Shown: in pieces, positions 1-15,000 of the stretch | Layout of the letters: each line of letters starts with the position of its first letter | How positions within the stretch are numbered: position 1 is the first letter of the stretch | NCBI GenBank assembly: GCA_964016885.1 | Contig: OZ024752.1 | Coordinates: 27,280,001 to 27,344,000 of the forward strand | Reading direction: 5' to 3' | Length of the DNA: 64,000 nt | Source of the DNA: Eledone cirrhosa | Taxonomy: Eukaryota | The notes under the pieces: generated by a model | Told to the model about the DNA's origin: nothing | Database searches by the model: none | The model's input: the letters and a program-made list of their open reading frames with translations, nothing else | Made by a program: the position numbers and the translations under genes

Positions 1-3000
1 CTTCTTCTATCAACACACAAACTGTGAAACTAGTACCAACTTCGGCTATCAACACACAAACTGTGCAACTAGTATCAACTTCTTCTATCAACACACAAAC
101 TGTGCAACTAGTATCAAATTCGGCTATCAACACACAAACTGTGGAACTAGTACCAACTTCTTCTATCAACACACAAACTGTGCAACTAGTACCATCTTCG
201 GCTATCAACACACAAACTGTGGACCTAGTAGCAACTTCGTCTATCAACACACAAACTGTGGAACTAGTACCATCTTCGGCTATCAACACACAAACTGTGG
301 ACCTAGTAGCAACTTCGTCTATCAACACACAAACTGTGGAACTAGTACCAGCTTCGGCTATCAACAGACAAATTGTAGAACTAGTACCAACTTCGTCTAT
401 CGACACACGAACTGTGGACCTAGTGCCAACTTCGTCTATCAACACACAAATTGTGGAACTAGTACCAAATTCGGCTATCAACACACAAACTGTGGAACTA
501 GTACAAACTTCGGCTGTCAACACACAAATTGTAGAACTAGTACCAACTTCGTGTATCAACACAGAAAGTGTGGAACTAGTACCAACTTCGTCTATCAACA
601 CACAAACTCTGGAACTAGTACCAACTTCGTCTATCAACACACAAACTGTGGAACTAGTACCAACTTCTTCTATCAACACACAAAATGTGGAACTAGTACC
701 AACTTTGTGTATCAACACAGAAACTGTGGACTAGTACCAACTTCGTCTATCAACACACAAACTGTGGAACTAGTACCAACTTCGTCTATCAACACACAAA
801 CTGTGGAACTAGTACCAACTTCGGCTCTCAACACACACACTGTGGAACTAGTACAGACTTCGTCTATCAACACACAAACTGTGGAACTAGTACCGACTTC
901 GGCTATCAACACACAAACTGTGGAACTAGTACCATCTTCGACTATCAACACACAAACTGTGGAACTAGTACCAACTTCTTCTATCAACACACAAACTGTG
1001 GAACTAGTACCACCTTCGACTATCAACACACAAAATGTGGAACTAGTACCAAATTCGACTATCAACACACAAACTGTGGAACTAGTACCAACTTCTTCTA
1101 TCAACACACAAACTGTGAAACTAGTACCAACTTCGGCTATCAACACACAAACTGTGCAACTAGTATCAACTTCTTCTATCAACACACAAACTGTGCAACT
1201 AGTATCAAATTCGGCTATCAACACACAAACTGTGGAACTAGTACCAACTTCTTCTATCAACACACAAACTGTGCAACTAGTACCATCTTCGGCTATCAAC
1301 ACACAAACTGTGGACCTAGTAGCAACTTCGTCTATCAACACACAAACTGTGGAACTAGTACCAGCTTCGGCTATCAACAGACAAATTGTAGAACTAGTAC
1401 CAACTTCGTCTATCAACACACAAACTGTGGAACTAGTACCAAATTCGTCTATCAACACACAAACTGTGGAACTAGTACCAACTTCTTTATCAACACACAA
1501 ACTGTAAAACTAGTACCAACTTCGGCTATCAACACACAAACTGAGGAACTAGTACCAACTACAGCTATCAACACACAATCTCTGGAACTAGTACCAGCTT
1601 CGTCTATCAACACACAAATCGTGGAACTAGTACACACTTCGTGTATCAACACACAAACTGTGGAACTAGTACCAACTTCAGCTATCAACACACAAACTGT
1701 GGAACTAGTACCAACTCCGGCTATCAACACACGAACTATGGACCTAGTGCCAACTTCGTCTATCAACACACAAACTGTGGAACTAGTACCAAATTCGTCT
1801 ATCAACACACAAACTGTGGAACTAGTACAAACTTCGGCTGTCAACACACAAATTGTGGAACTAGTACGAACTTCGTGTATTAACACAGAAACTGTGGAAC
1901 TAGTACCAACTTCGTCTATCAACACACAAACTGTGGAACTAGTACCAACTTCGTCTATCAACACACAAACTGTGGAACTAGTACCAACTTCGGCTATCAA
2001 CACACAAACTGTGGAACTAGTACAGACTTCGTCTATCAACACACAAACTGTGGAACTAGTACTAACTTCGACTATCAACACAGAAACTGTGGAACTAGTA
2101 CCAACTTCGTCTATCACACACAAACTGTGGAACTAGTACCAACTTCGTCTATCAACACACAAACTGTGGAACTAGTACAAACTTCGTCTATCAACACACA
2201 ATCTGTGGAACTAGTACCAACTTCGGCTATCAACACACAAACTGTGGAACTAGTACCAACTTCTTCTATCAACACTCGAACTGTGGACCTAGTGCCAACT
2301 TCGTCTATCAACACACAAACTGTGGAACTAGTACCAACTTCGGCTATCAACACAAACTGTGGAACTAGTACCAACTTCGGCTGTCAACACACAACTTGTG
2401 GAACAAGTACCAACTTCGTGTATCAACACAAAAACTGTGGAACTAGTACCAACTTCGTCTATCAACACACAAACTGTGGAACTAGTACCAACTTCGGCTA
2501 TCAACACACAAACTGTGGAACTAGTACCAACTTCGGCTATCGACACACGAACTGTGGACCTAGTGCCAACTTCGTCTATCCACACACAAACTGTGGAACT
2601 AGTACCAAATTCGGCTATCAACACACAAACTGTGGAACTAGTACAAACTTCGGCTGTCAACACACAAATTGTAGAACTAGTACCAACTTCGTGTATCAAC
2701 ACAGAAACTGTGGAACTAGTACCAACTTTGGCTATCAACACACAAACTGTGGAACTAGTACCAACTTTGGCTATCAACACACAACCTGACGAACTAGTAC
2801 CAACCTCGTCTATCAACACACAAACTGTGGAACTAGAACCAACTTCGGATGTCAACACACAAACTGTGGAGCTAGTACCAACTTCGGCTATCAACACACA
2901 AACTGTGGACCTAGTACCAATTTCGTCTATCCACACACAAACTGTGGAACTAGTACCAACTTCGGTTATCAACACACAAACTGTGGAGCTAGTACCAACT

Positions 3001-6000
3001 TCGTCTATCAAGACACAAACTGTGGAACTAGTACCAACTTCGTCTATCAACACACAATGTGTGGAACTAGTACCAACTTCGTCTATCAACACACAAACTG
3101 TGGAACTAGTACCAACTTCGTCTATCAACACACAAACTGTGGAATTAGTACCAACTTCGTCTATCAACACACAAACTGTGGAACTAGTACCAACTTCCTC
3201 TATCAACACACAAACTGTGGAACTAGTACCAACTTCGGCTATCAACACACAAACTGTGGAACTAGTACAGACTTCGTCTATCAACACACAAACTGTGGAA
3301 CTAGTACCGACTTCGGCTATCAACACACAAATTGTGGAACTAGTACCAACTTCGACTATCAACACACAAACTGTGGAACTAGTACCAACTTCTTCTATCA
3401 ACACACAAACTGTGGAACTAGTACCAACTTCGACTATCAACACACAAACTGTGGAACAAGTACCAACTTCGACTATCAACACACAAACTGTGGAACTAGT
3501 ACCAACTTCGTCTATTAACACAGAAACTGTGGAACTAGTACCAGCTTCTTCTATCAACACACAAACTGTGCAACTAGTACCAACTTCGGCTATCAACACA
3601 CAAACTGTGGAACTAGTACCAACTTCTTCTATCAACACACAAACTGTGCAACTAGTACCAACTTCGGCTATCAACACACAAACTGTGGAACTAGTACCAA
3701 CTTCGTCTATCAACACACAAACTGTGGAACTAGTACCAACTTCTTCTATCAACACACAAACTGTGGAACTAGTACCAACTTCGACTATCAACACACAAAC
3801 TGTGGAACTAGTACCAACTTCTTCTATCAACACACAAACTGTGCAACTGGTACCAACTTCGGCTATCAACACACAAACTGTGGAACTAGTACCAACTTCG
3901 ACTATCAACACACAAACTGTGGAACTAGTACCAACTTCTTCTATCAACACACAAACTGTGCAACTCGTACCAACCTCGGCTATCAACACAGAAACTGTGG
4001 AACTAGTACAAACTTCGTGTATCAACACGCAAACTGTGGAACTAGTACCAACTTCTATCAACACACAAACTGTGCAACTAGTACCAACTTCGTCTATCAA
4101 CACACAAACTGTGGAACTAGTACCAACTTCGGCTATCAACACACAAACTGTGGAACTAGTACCAACTTCGGCTATCAACACACAAACTGTGCAACTATTA
4201 CCAACTTCGGCTATCAACACAGAAACTGTGGAACTAGTACAAACTTCTAGTATCAACACACAAACTGTGGAACTAGTAGCAACTTCGGCTATCAACACAC
4301 AAACTGTGGAACTAGTACCAACTTCGGCTATCAACTCACAAACTGTGGACCTAGTGCCAACGCCGTCTATCAACACATAAACTGTGGAACTAGTACCAAC
4401 TTCGTCTATCAACACACAAACTGTGGAACTAGTAACAGCTTCGGCTATCAACAGACAAACTGTAGAACTAGTACCAACTTCGTCTATCAACACACAAACT
4501 GTGGAACTAGTACCAACTTCGTCTATCAACACACAAACTGTGAAACTAGTGCCAACTTCTTTATCAACACACAAACTGTGCAAACTAGTACCAACTTCGT
4601 CTATCAACACACAAACTGCAGAACTAGTACCAACTTCGTCTATCAACACACAAACTGTGGAACTAGTACCAACTTCGGATGTCAACACACAAACTGTGGA
4701 ACTAGTACCAACTTCGGCTATCAACACACAAACTGTGGACCTAGTACCAATTTCGTCTATCCACACACAAACTGTGGAACTAGTACCAACTTCGGTTATC
4801 AACACACAAACTGTGGAGCTAGTACCAACTTCGTCTATCAAGACACAAACTGTGGAACTAGTACCAACTTCGGCTATCAACACACAATGTGTGGAACTAG
4901 TACCAACTTCGTCTATCAACACACAAACTGTGGAACTAGTACCAACTTCGTCTATCAACACACAAACTGTGGAATTAGTACCAACTTCGTCTATCAACAC
5001 ACAAACTATGGAACTAGTACCAACTTCGTCTATCAACACACAAACTGTGGAACTAGTACCAACTTCGGCTATCAACACACAAACTGTGGAACTAGTACAG
5101 ACTTCGTCTATCAACACACAAACTGTGGGACTAGTACCGACTTCGGCTATCAACACACAAATTGTGGAACTAGTACCAACTTCGACTATCAACACACAAA
5201 CTGTGAAACTAGTGCCAACTTCTTTATCAACACACAAACTGTGCAACTAGTACCAACCTCGGCTATCAACACACGAACTGTGGAACTAGTACCAACTACA
5301 GCTATCAACACACAATCTCTGGAACTAGTACCAGCTTCGTCTATCAACACACAAACTGTGGAACTAGTACAAACTTCGTGTATCAACACACAAACTGTGG
5401 AACTAGTACCAACTTCGGCTATCAACACACAAAATGTGGAACTAGTACCAACTTCGGCTATCAACACACAAACTGTGGAACTAGTACCAACTTCGGCTAT
5501 CAATACACGAACTGTGGACCTAGTGCCAACTTCGTCTATCAACACACAAACTGTGGAACTAGTACCAACTTCGGCTATCAATACACAAACTGTGGAACTA
5601 GTACCAACTTCGGCTGTCAACACACAATTTGTGGAACTAGTACCAACTTCGTGTATCAACACAGAAACTGTGGAACTAGTACCAACTTCGTCTATCAACA
5701 CACAAACTGTGGAACTATTACCAACTTCGTCTATCAACACACAAACTGTGGAACTAGTACCAACTTCAGCTATCAACACACAAACTGTAGAACTAGTACA
5801 GACTTCGTCTATCAACACACAAACTGTGGAACTAGTACCGACTTCGGCTATCAACACACAAACTGTGGAACTAGTACCAACTTCGACAATCAGCACACAA
5901 ACTGTGGAACTAGTACCAACTTCTTCTATCAACACACAAACTGTGGAACTAGTACCAACTTCGACTATCAACACACAAACTGTGGAACTAGTACCAACTT

Positions 6001-9000
6001 CGACTATCAACACACAAACTGTGGAACTAGTACCAACTTCTTCTATCAACACACAAACTGTGCAACTAGTACCAACTTCGTCTATCAACACAGAAACTGT
6101 GGAACTAGTACCAACTTCTTCTATCAACACACAAACTGTGCAACTAGTATCAACTTCGGCTATCAACCCAGAAACTGTGGAACTAGTACCAACTTCTTCT
6201 ATCAACACACAAACTGTGCAACTAGTATCAACTTCGGCTATCAACCCACAAACTGTGGAACTAGTACCAACTTCGGCTATCAACACACAAACTGTGGACC
6301 TAGTACCAACTTCGTCTATCAACACACAAACTGTGGAACTAGTACCAGCTTCGGCTATCAACAGACAAACTGTAGAACTAGTACCAACTTCGTCTATCAA
6401 CACACAAACTGTGGAACTAGTACCAACTTCGTCTATCAACACACAAACTGTGGAACTAGTACCAACTTCGGCTATCAACACACGAACTGTGGACCTAGTG
6501 CCAACTTCGTCTATCAACACACAAACTGTGGAACTAGTACCAACTTCGGCTATCAACACACAAACTCTGGAACTAGTACCAACTTCGGCTGTCAACACAC
6601 AACTTGTGAAACTAGTACCAACTTCGTGTATCAACACAGAAACTGTGGAACTAGTACCAACTTCGTCTATCAACACACAAACTGTGGAACTAGTACCAAC
6701 TTCGTCTATCAACACACAAACTGTGGAACTAGTACCAACTTCGGCTATCAACACACAAACTGTGGAACTAGTACCTACTTCGACTATCAACACACAAACT
6801 GTGGAACTAGTACCAACTTCGGCTATCAACACACAAACTGTGGAACTAGTACAGACTTCGTCTATCAACACACAAACTGTGGAACTAGTACCGACTTCGG
6901 CTATCAACACACAAATTGTGGAACTAGTACCAACTTCGACTATCAACACACAAACTGTGGAACTAGTACCAACTTCTTCTATCAACACACAAACTGTGGA
7001 ACTAGTACCAACTTCGACTATCAACACACAAACTGTGGAACAAGTACCAACTTCGACTATCAACACACAAACTGTGGAACTAGTACCAACTTCGGCTATC
7101 AACACACAAACTGTGGAACTAGTACCAACTTCGTCTATTAACACAGAAACTGTGCAACTAGTACCAACTTCTTCTATCAACACACAAACTGTGCAACTAG
7201 TACCAACTTCGGCTATCAACACACAAACTGTGGAACTAGTACCAACTTCGACTATCAACACACAAACTGTGGAACTAGTACCAACTTCTTCTATCAACAC
7301 ACAAACTGTGCAACTGGTACCAACTTCGGCTATCAACACACAAACTGTGGAACTAGTACCAACTTCGACTATCAACACACAAACTGTGGAACTAGTACCA
7401 ACTTCTTCTATCAACACACAAACTGTGCAACTCGTACCAACCTCGGCTATCAACACAGAAACTGTGCAACTAGTACCAACTTCGTCTATCAACACACAAA
7501 CTGTGGAACTAGTACCAACTTCGGCTATCAACACACAAACTGTGGAACTAGTACCAACTTCGGCTATCAACACACAAACTGTGCAACTATTACCAACTTC
7601 GGCTATCAACACAGAAACTGTGGAACTAGTCAAACTTCTAGTATCAACACACAAACTGTGGAACTAGTACCAACTTCGGCTATCAACACACAAACTGAGG
7701 AACTAGTGCCAACTTCGGCTATCAACACACAAACTGTGGACCTAGTGCCAACGTCGTCTATCAACACATAAACTGTGGAACTAGTACCAACTTCGTCTAT
7801 CAACACACAAACTGTGGAACTAGTACCAGCTTCGGCTATCAACAGACAAACTGTAGAACTAGTACCAACTTCGTCTATCAACACACAAACTGTGGAACTA
7901 GTACCAACTTCGTCTATCAACACACAAACTGTGAAACTAGTGCCAACTTCTTTATCAACACACAAACTGTGCAACTAGTACCAACTTCGGCTATCAACAC
8001 ACGAACTGTGGAACTAGTACCAACTACAGCTATCAACACACAATCTCTGGAACTAGTACCAGCTTCGTCTATCAACACACAAACTGTGGAACTAGTACAA
8101 ACTTCGTGTATCAACACACAAACTGTGGAACTAGTACCAACTTCGGCTATCAACACACAAAATGTGGAACTAGTACCAACTTCGGCTATCAACACACAAA
8201 CTGTAGACCTAGTGCCAACTTCGTCTATCAACACACAAACTGTGGAACTAGTACCAACTTCGGCTATCAATACACAAACTGTGGAACTAGTACCAACTTC
8301 GGCTGTCAACACACAATTTGTGGAACTAGTACCAACTTCGTGTATCAACACAGAAACTGTGGAACTAGTACCAACTTCGTCTATCAACACACAAACTGTG
8401 GAACTATTACCAACTTCGTCTATCAACACACAAACTGTGGAACTAGTACCAACTTCAGCTATCAACACACAAACTGTAGAACTAGTACAGACTTCGTCTA
8501 TCAACACACAAACTGTGGAACTAGTACCGACTTCGGCTATCAACACACAAACTGTGGAACTAGTACCAACTTCGACTATCAACACACAAACTGTGGAACT
8601 AGTACCAACTTCTTCTATCAACACACAAACTGTGGAACTAGTACCAACTTCGACTATCAACACACAAACTGTGGAACTAGTACCAACTTCGACTATCAAC
8701 ACACAAACTGTGGAACTAGTACCAACTTCTTCTATCAACACACAAACTGTGCAACTAGTACCAACTTCGTCTATCAACACAGAAACTGTGGAACTAGTAC
8801 CAACTTCTTCTATCAACACACAAACTGTGCAACTAGTATCAACTTCGGCTATCAACCCACAAACTGTGGAACTAGTACCAACTTCTTCTATCAACACACA
8901 AACTGTGCAACTAGTATCAAATTCGGCTATCAACCCACAAACTGTGGAACTAGTACCAACTTCGGCTATCAACACACAAACTGTGGACCTAGTACCAACT

Positions 9001-12000
9001 TCGTCTATCAACACACAAACTGTGGAACTAGTACCAGCTTCGGCTATCAACAGACAAACTGTAGAACTAGTACCAACTTCGTCTATCAACACACAAACTG
9101 TGGAACTAGTACCAACTTCGTCTATCAACACACAAACTGTGGAACTAGTACCAACTTCGGCTATAGACACACAAACTGTGCAACTAGTACCAACTTCGGC
9201 TATCAACACACAAACTGAGGAACTAGTACCAACTACAGCTATCAACACACAATCTCTGGAACTAGTACCAACTTCGTCTATCAACACACAAACTGTGGAA
9301 CTAGTACCAGCTTCGGCTATGAACACACAAACTGTGGAACTAGTACCAACTTCTTCTATCAACACACGAACTGTGGACCTAGTGCCAACTTCGTCTATCA
9401 ACACACAAACTGTGGAACTAGTACCAACTTCGGCTATCAACACACAAACTGTGGAACTAGTACCAACTTCGGCTGTCAACACACAACTTGTGGAACTAGT
9501 ACCAACTTCGTGTATCAACACAGAAACTGTGGAACTAGTACCAACTTCGTCTATCAACACACAAACTGTGGAACTAGTACCAACTTCGTCTATCAACACA
9601 CAAACTGTGGAACTAGTACCAACTTCGGCTATCAACACACAAACTGTGGAACTAGTACCTACTTCGACTATCAACACACAAACTGTGGAACTAGTACCGA
9701 CTTCGGCTATCAACACACAAATTGTGGAACTAGTACCGACTTCGACTATCAACACACAAACTGTGGAACTAGTACCAACTTCTTCTATCAACACACACAC
9801 TGTGGAACTAGTACCAACTTCGACTATCAACACACAAACTGAGGAACTAGTACCAACTTCGGCTATCAACACACAATCTCTGGAACTAGTACCAGCTTCG
9901 TCAATCAACACACAAGCCGTGGAACTAGTACACACTTCGTGTATCAACACACAAACTGTGGAACTAGTACCAACTTCGGCTATCAACACACAAACTGTGG
10001 AACTAGTACCAACTTCGGCTATCAACACACAAACTGTGGAACTAGTACCAACTTCGGCTGTCAACACACGAACTGTGGACCTAGTGCCAAATTCGTCTAT
10101 CAACACACAAACTGTGGAACTAGTACCAAATTCGGCTATCAACACACAAACTGTGGAACGAGTACAAACTTCGGCTGTCAACACACAAACTGTGGAACTA
10201 GTACCAACTTCGTCTATCAACACACAAACTGTGGAACTAGTACCAACTTCGTCTATCAACACACAAACTGTGGAACTAGTACCAACTTCTTCTATCAACA
10301 CACAAATTGTGGAACTAGTACCAACTTCGTGTATCAACACAGAAACTGTGGAACTAGTACCAACTTCGTCTATCAACACACAAACTGTGGAACTAGTACC
10401 AACTTCGTCTATCAACACACAAACTGTGGAACTAGTACCAACTTCGGCTATCAACACACAAACTGTGGAACTAGTACAGACTTCGTCTATCAACACACAA
10501 ACTGTGGAACTAGTACCAACTTCGACTATCAACACAGAAACTGTGGAACTAGTACCAACTTCGTCTATCACACACAAACTGTGGAACTAGTACCAACTTC
10601 GTCTATCAACACACAAACTGTGGAACTAGTACAAACTTCGTCTATCAACACACAAACTGTGGAACTAGTACCAACTTCGTCTATCAACACACAAACTGTG
10701 GAACTAGTACCAACTTCTTCTATCAACACACGAAATGTGGACCTAGTGCCAACTTCGTCTATCAACACACAAACTGTGGAACTAGTATCAACTTCGGCTA
10801 TCAACACAAACTGTGGAACTAGTACCAACTTCGGCTGTCAACACACAACTTGTGGAACAAGTACCAACTTCGTGTATCAACACAAAAACTGTGGAACTAG
10901 TACCAACTTCGTCTATCAACACACAAACTGTGGAACTAGTACCAACTTCGTCTATCAACACACAAACTGTGGAACTAGTACCAACTTCGGCTATCAACAC
11001 ACAAACTGTGGAACTAGTACCAACTTCGGCTATCGACACACGAACTGTGGACCTAGTGCCAACTTCGTCTATCAACACACAAATTGTGGAACTAGTACCA
11101 AATTCGGCTATCAACACACAAACTGTGGAACTAGTACAAACTTCGGCTGTCAACACACAAATTGTAGAACTAGTACCAACTTCGTGTATCAACACAGAAA
11201 GAGTGGAACTAGTACCAACTTCGTCTATCAACACACAAACTCTGGAACTAGTACCAACTTCGTCTATCAACACACAAACTGTGGAACTAGTACCAACTTC
11301 TTCTATCAACACACAAAATGTGGAACTAGTACCAACTTTGTGTATCAACACAGAAACTGTGGACTAGTACCAACTTCGTCTATCAACACACAAACTGTGG
11401 AACTAGTACCAACTTCGTCTATCAACACACAAACTGTGGAACTAGTACCAACTTCGGCTATCAACACACACACTGTGGAACTAGTACAGACTTCGTCTAT
11501 CAACACACAAACTGTGGAACTAGTACCACCTTCGACTATCAACACACAAACTGTGGAACTAGTACCAACTTCTTCTATCAACACACAAACTGTGGAACTA
11601 GTACCACCTTCGACTATCAACACACAAAATGTGGAACTAGTACCAAATTCGACTATCAACACACAAACTGTGGAACTAGTACCAACTTCTTCTATCAACA
11701 CACAAACTGTGAAACTAGTACCAACTTCGGCTATCAACACACAAACTGTGCAACTAGTATCAACTTCTTCTATCAACACACAAACTGTGCAACTAGTATC
11801 AAATTCGGCTATCAACACACAAACTGTGGAACTAGTACCAACTTCTTCTATCAACACACAAACTGTGCAACTAGTACCAACTTCGGCTATCAACACACAA
11901 ACTGTGGACCTAGTAGCAACTTCGTCTATCAACACACAAACTGTGGAACTAGTACCAGCTTCGGCTATCAACAGACAAATTGTAGAACTAGTACCAACTT

Positions 12001-15000
12001 CGTCTATCAACACACAAACTGTGGAACTAGTACCAAATTCGTCTATCAACACACAAACTGTGGAACTAGTACCAACTTCTTTATCAACACACAAACTGTA
12101 CAACTAGTACCAACTTCGGCTATCAACACACAAACTGAGGAACTAGTACCAACTACAGCTATCAACACACAATCTCTGGAACTAGTACCAGCTTCGTCTA
12201 TCAACACACAAATCGTGGAACTAGTACACACTTCGTGTATCAACACACAAACTGTGGAACTAGTACCAACTTCAGCTATCAACACACAAACTGTGGAACT
12301 AGTACCAACTCCGGCTATCAACACACGAACTATGGACCTAGTGCCAACTTCGTCTATCAACACACAAACTGTGGAACTAGTACCAAATTCGTCTATCAAC
12401 ACACAAACTGTGGAACTAGTACAAACTTCGGCTGTCAACACACAAATTGTGGAACTAGTACCAACTTCGTGTATTAACACAGAAACTGTGGAACTAGTAC
12501 CAACTTCGTCTATCAACACACAAACTGTGGAACTAGTACCAACTTCGTCTATCAACACACAAACTGTGGAACTAGTACCAACTTCGGCTATCAACACACA
12601 AACTGTGGAACTAGTACAGACTTCGTCTATCAACACACAAACTGTGGAACTAGTACCAACTTCGACTATCAACACAGAAACTGTGGAACTAGTACAAACT
12701 TCGTCTATCAACACACAATCTGTGGAACTAGTACCAACTTCGGCTATCAACACACAAACTGTGGAACTAGTACCAACTTCTTCTATCAACACACGAACTG
12801 TGGACCTAGTGCCAACTTCGTCTATCAACACACAAACTGTGGAACTAGTACCAACTTCGGCTATCAACACAAACTGTGGAACTAGTACCAACTTCGGCTG
12901 TCAACACACAACTTGTGGAACAAGTACCAACTTCGTGTATCAACACAAAAACTGTGGAACTAGTACCAACTTCGTCTATCAACACACAAACTGTGGAACT
13001 AGTACCAACTTCGTCTATCAACACACAAACTGTGGAACTAGTACCAACTTCGGCTATCAACACACAAACTGTGGAACTAGTACCAACTTCGGCTATCGAC
13101 ACACGAACTGTGGACCTAGTGCCAACTTCGTCTATCAACACACAAACTGTGGAACTAGTACCAAATTCGGCTATCAACACACAAACTGTGGAACTAGTAC
13201 AAACTTCGGCTGTCAACACACAAATTGTAGAACTAGTACCAACTTCGTGTATCAACACAGAAACTGTGGAACTAGTACCAACTTCGTCTATCAACACACA
13301 AACTGTGGAACTAGTACCAACTTCGTCTATCAACACACAAACTGTGGAACTAGTACCAACTTCTTCTATCAACACACAAATTGTGGAACTAGTACCAACT
13401 TTGTGTATCAACACAGAAACTGTGGACTAGTACCAACTTCGTCTATCAACACACAAACTGTGGAACTAGTACCAACTTCGTCTATCAACACACAAACTGT
13501 GGAACTAGTACCAACTTCGGCTATCAACACACACACTGTGGAACTAGTACAGACTTCGTCTATCAACACACAAACTGTGGAACTAGTACCGACTTCGGCT
13601 ATCAACACACAAACTGTGGAACTAGTACCAACTTCGACTATCAACACACAAACTGTGGAACTAGTACCAACTTCTTCTATCAACACACAAACTGTGGAAC
13701 TAGTACCACCTTCGACTATCAACTCACAAAATGTGGAACTAGTACCAAATTCGACTATCAACACACAAACTGTGGAACTAGTACCAACTTCTTCTATCAA
13801 CACACAAACTGTGAAACTAGTACCAACTTCGGCTATCAACACACAAACTGTGCAACTAGTATCAACTTCTTCTATCAACACACAAACTGTGCAACTAGTA
13901 TCAAATTCGGCTATCAACACACAAACTGTGGAACTAGTACCAACTTCTTCTATCAACACACAAACTGTGCAACTAGTACCAACTTCGGCTATCAACACAC
14001 AAACTGTGGACCTAGTAGCAACTTCGTCTATCAACACACAAACTGTGGAACTAGTACCAGCTTCGGCTATCAACAGACAAATTGTAGAACTAGTACCAAC
14101 TTCGTCTATCAACACACAAACTGTGGAACTAGTACCAAATTCGTCTATCAACACACAAACTGTGGAACTAGTACCAACTTCTTTATCAACACACAAACTG
14201 TACAACTAGTACCAACTTCGGCTATCAACACACAAACTGAGGAACTAGTACCAACTACAGCTATCAACACACAATCTCTGGAACTAGTACCAGCTTCGTC
14301 TATCAACACACAAATCGTGGAACTAGTACACACTTCGTGTATCAACACACAAACTGTGGAACTAGTACCAACTTCAGCTATCAACACACAAACTGTGGAA
14401 CTAGTACCAACTCCGGCTATCAACACACGAACTGTGGACCTAGTGCCAACTTCGTCTATCAACACACAAACTGTGGAACTAGTACCACATTCGTCTATCA
14501 ACACACAAACTGTGGAACTAGTACCAACTTCTTTATCAACACACAAACTGTGGAACTAGTACCAACTTCGTCTATCAACACACAAACTGTGGAACTAGTA
14601 CCTACTTCGACTATCAACACACAAACTGTGGAACTAGTACCGACTTCGGCTATCAACACACAAACTGTGGAACTAGTACCGACTTCGACTATCAACACAC
14701 AAACTGTGGAACTAGTACCAACTTCTTCTATCAACACACACACTGTGGAACTAGTACCAACTTCGACTATCAACACACAAACTGAGGAGCTAGTACCAAC
14801 TTCGGCTATCAACACACAATCTCTGGAACTAGTACCAGCTTCGTCTATCAACACACAAACCGTGGAACTAGTACACACTTCGTGTATCAACACACAGACT
14901 GTGGAACTAGTACCAACTTCGGCTATCAACACACAAACTGTGGAACTAGTACCAACTTCGGCTATCAACACACAAACTGTGGAACTAGTACCAACTTCGG

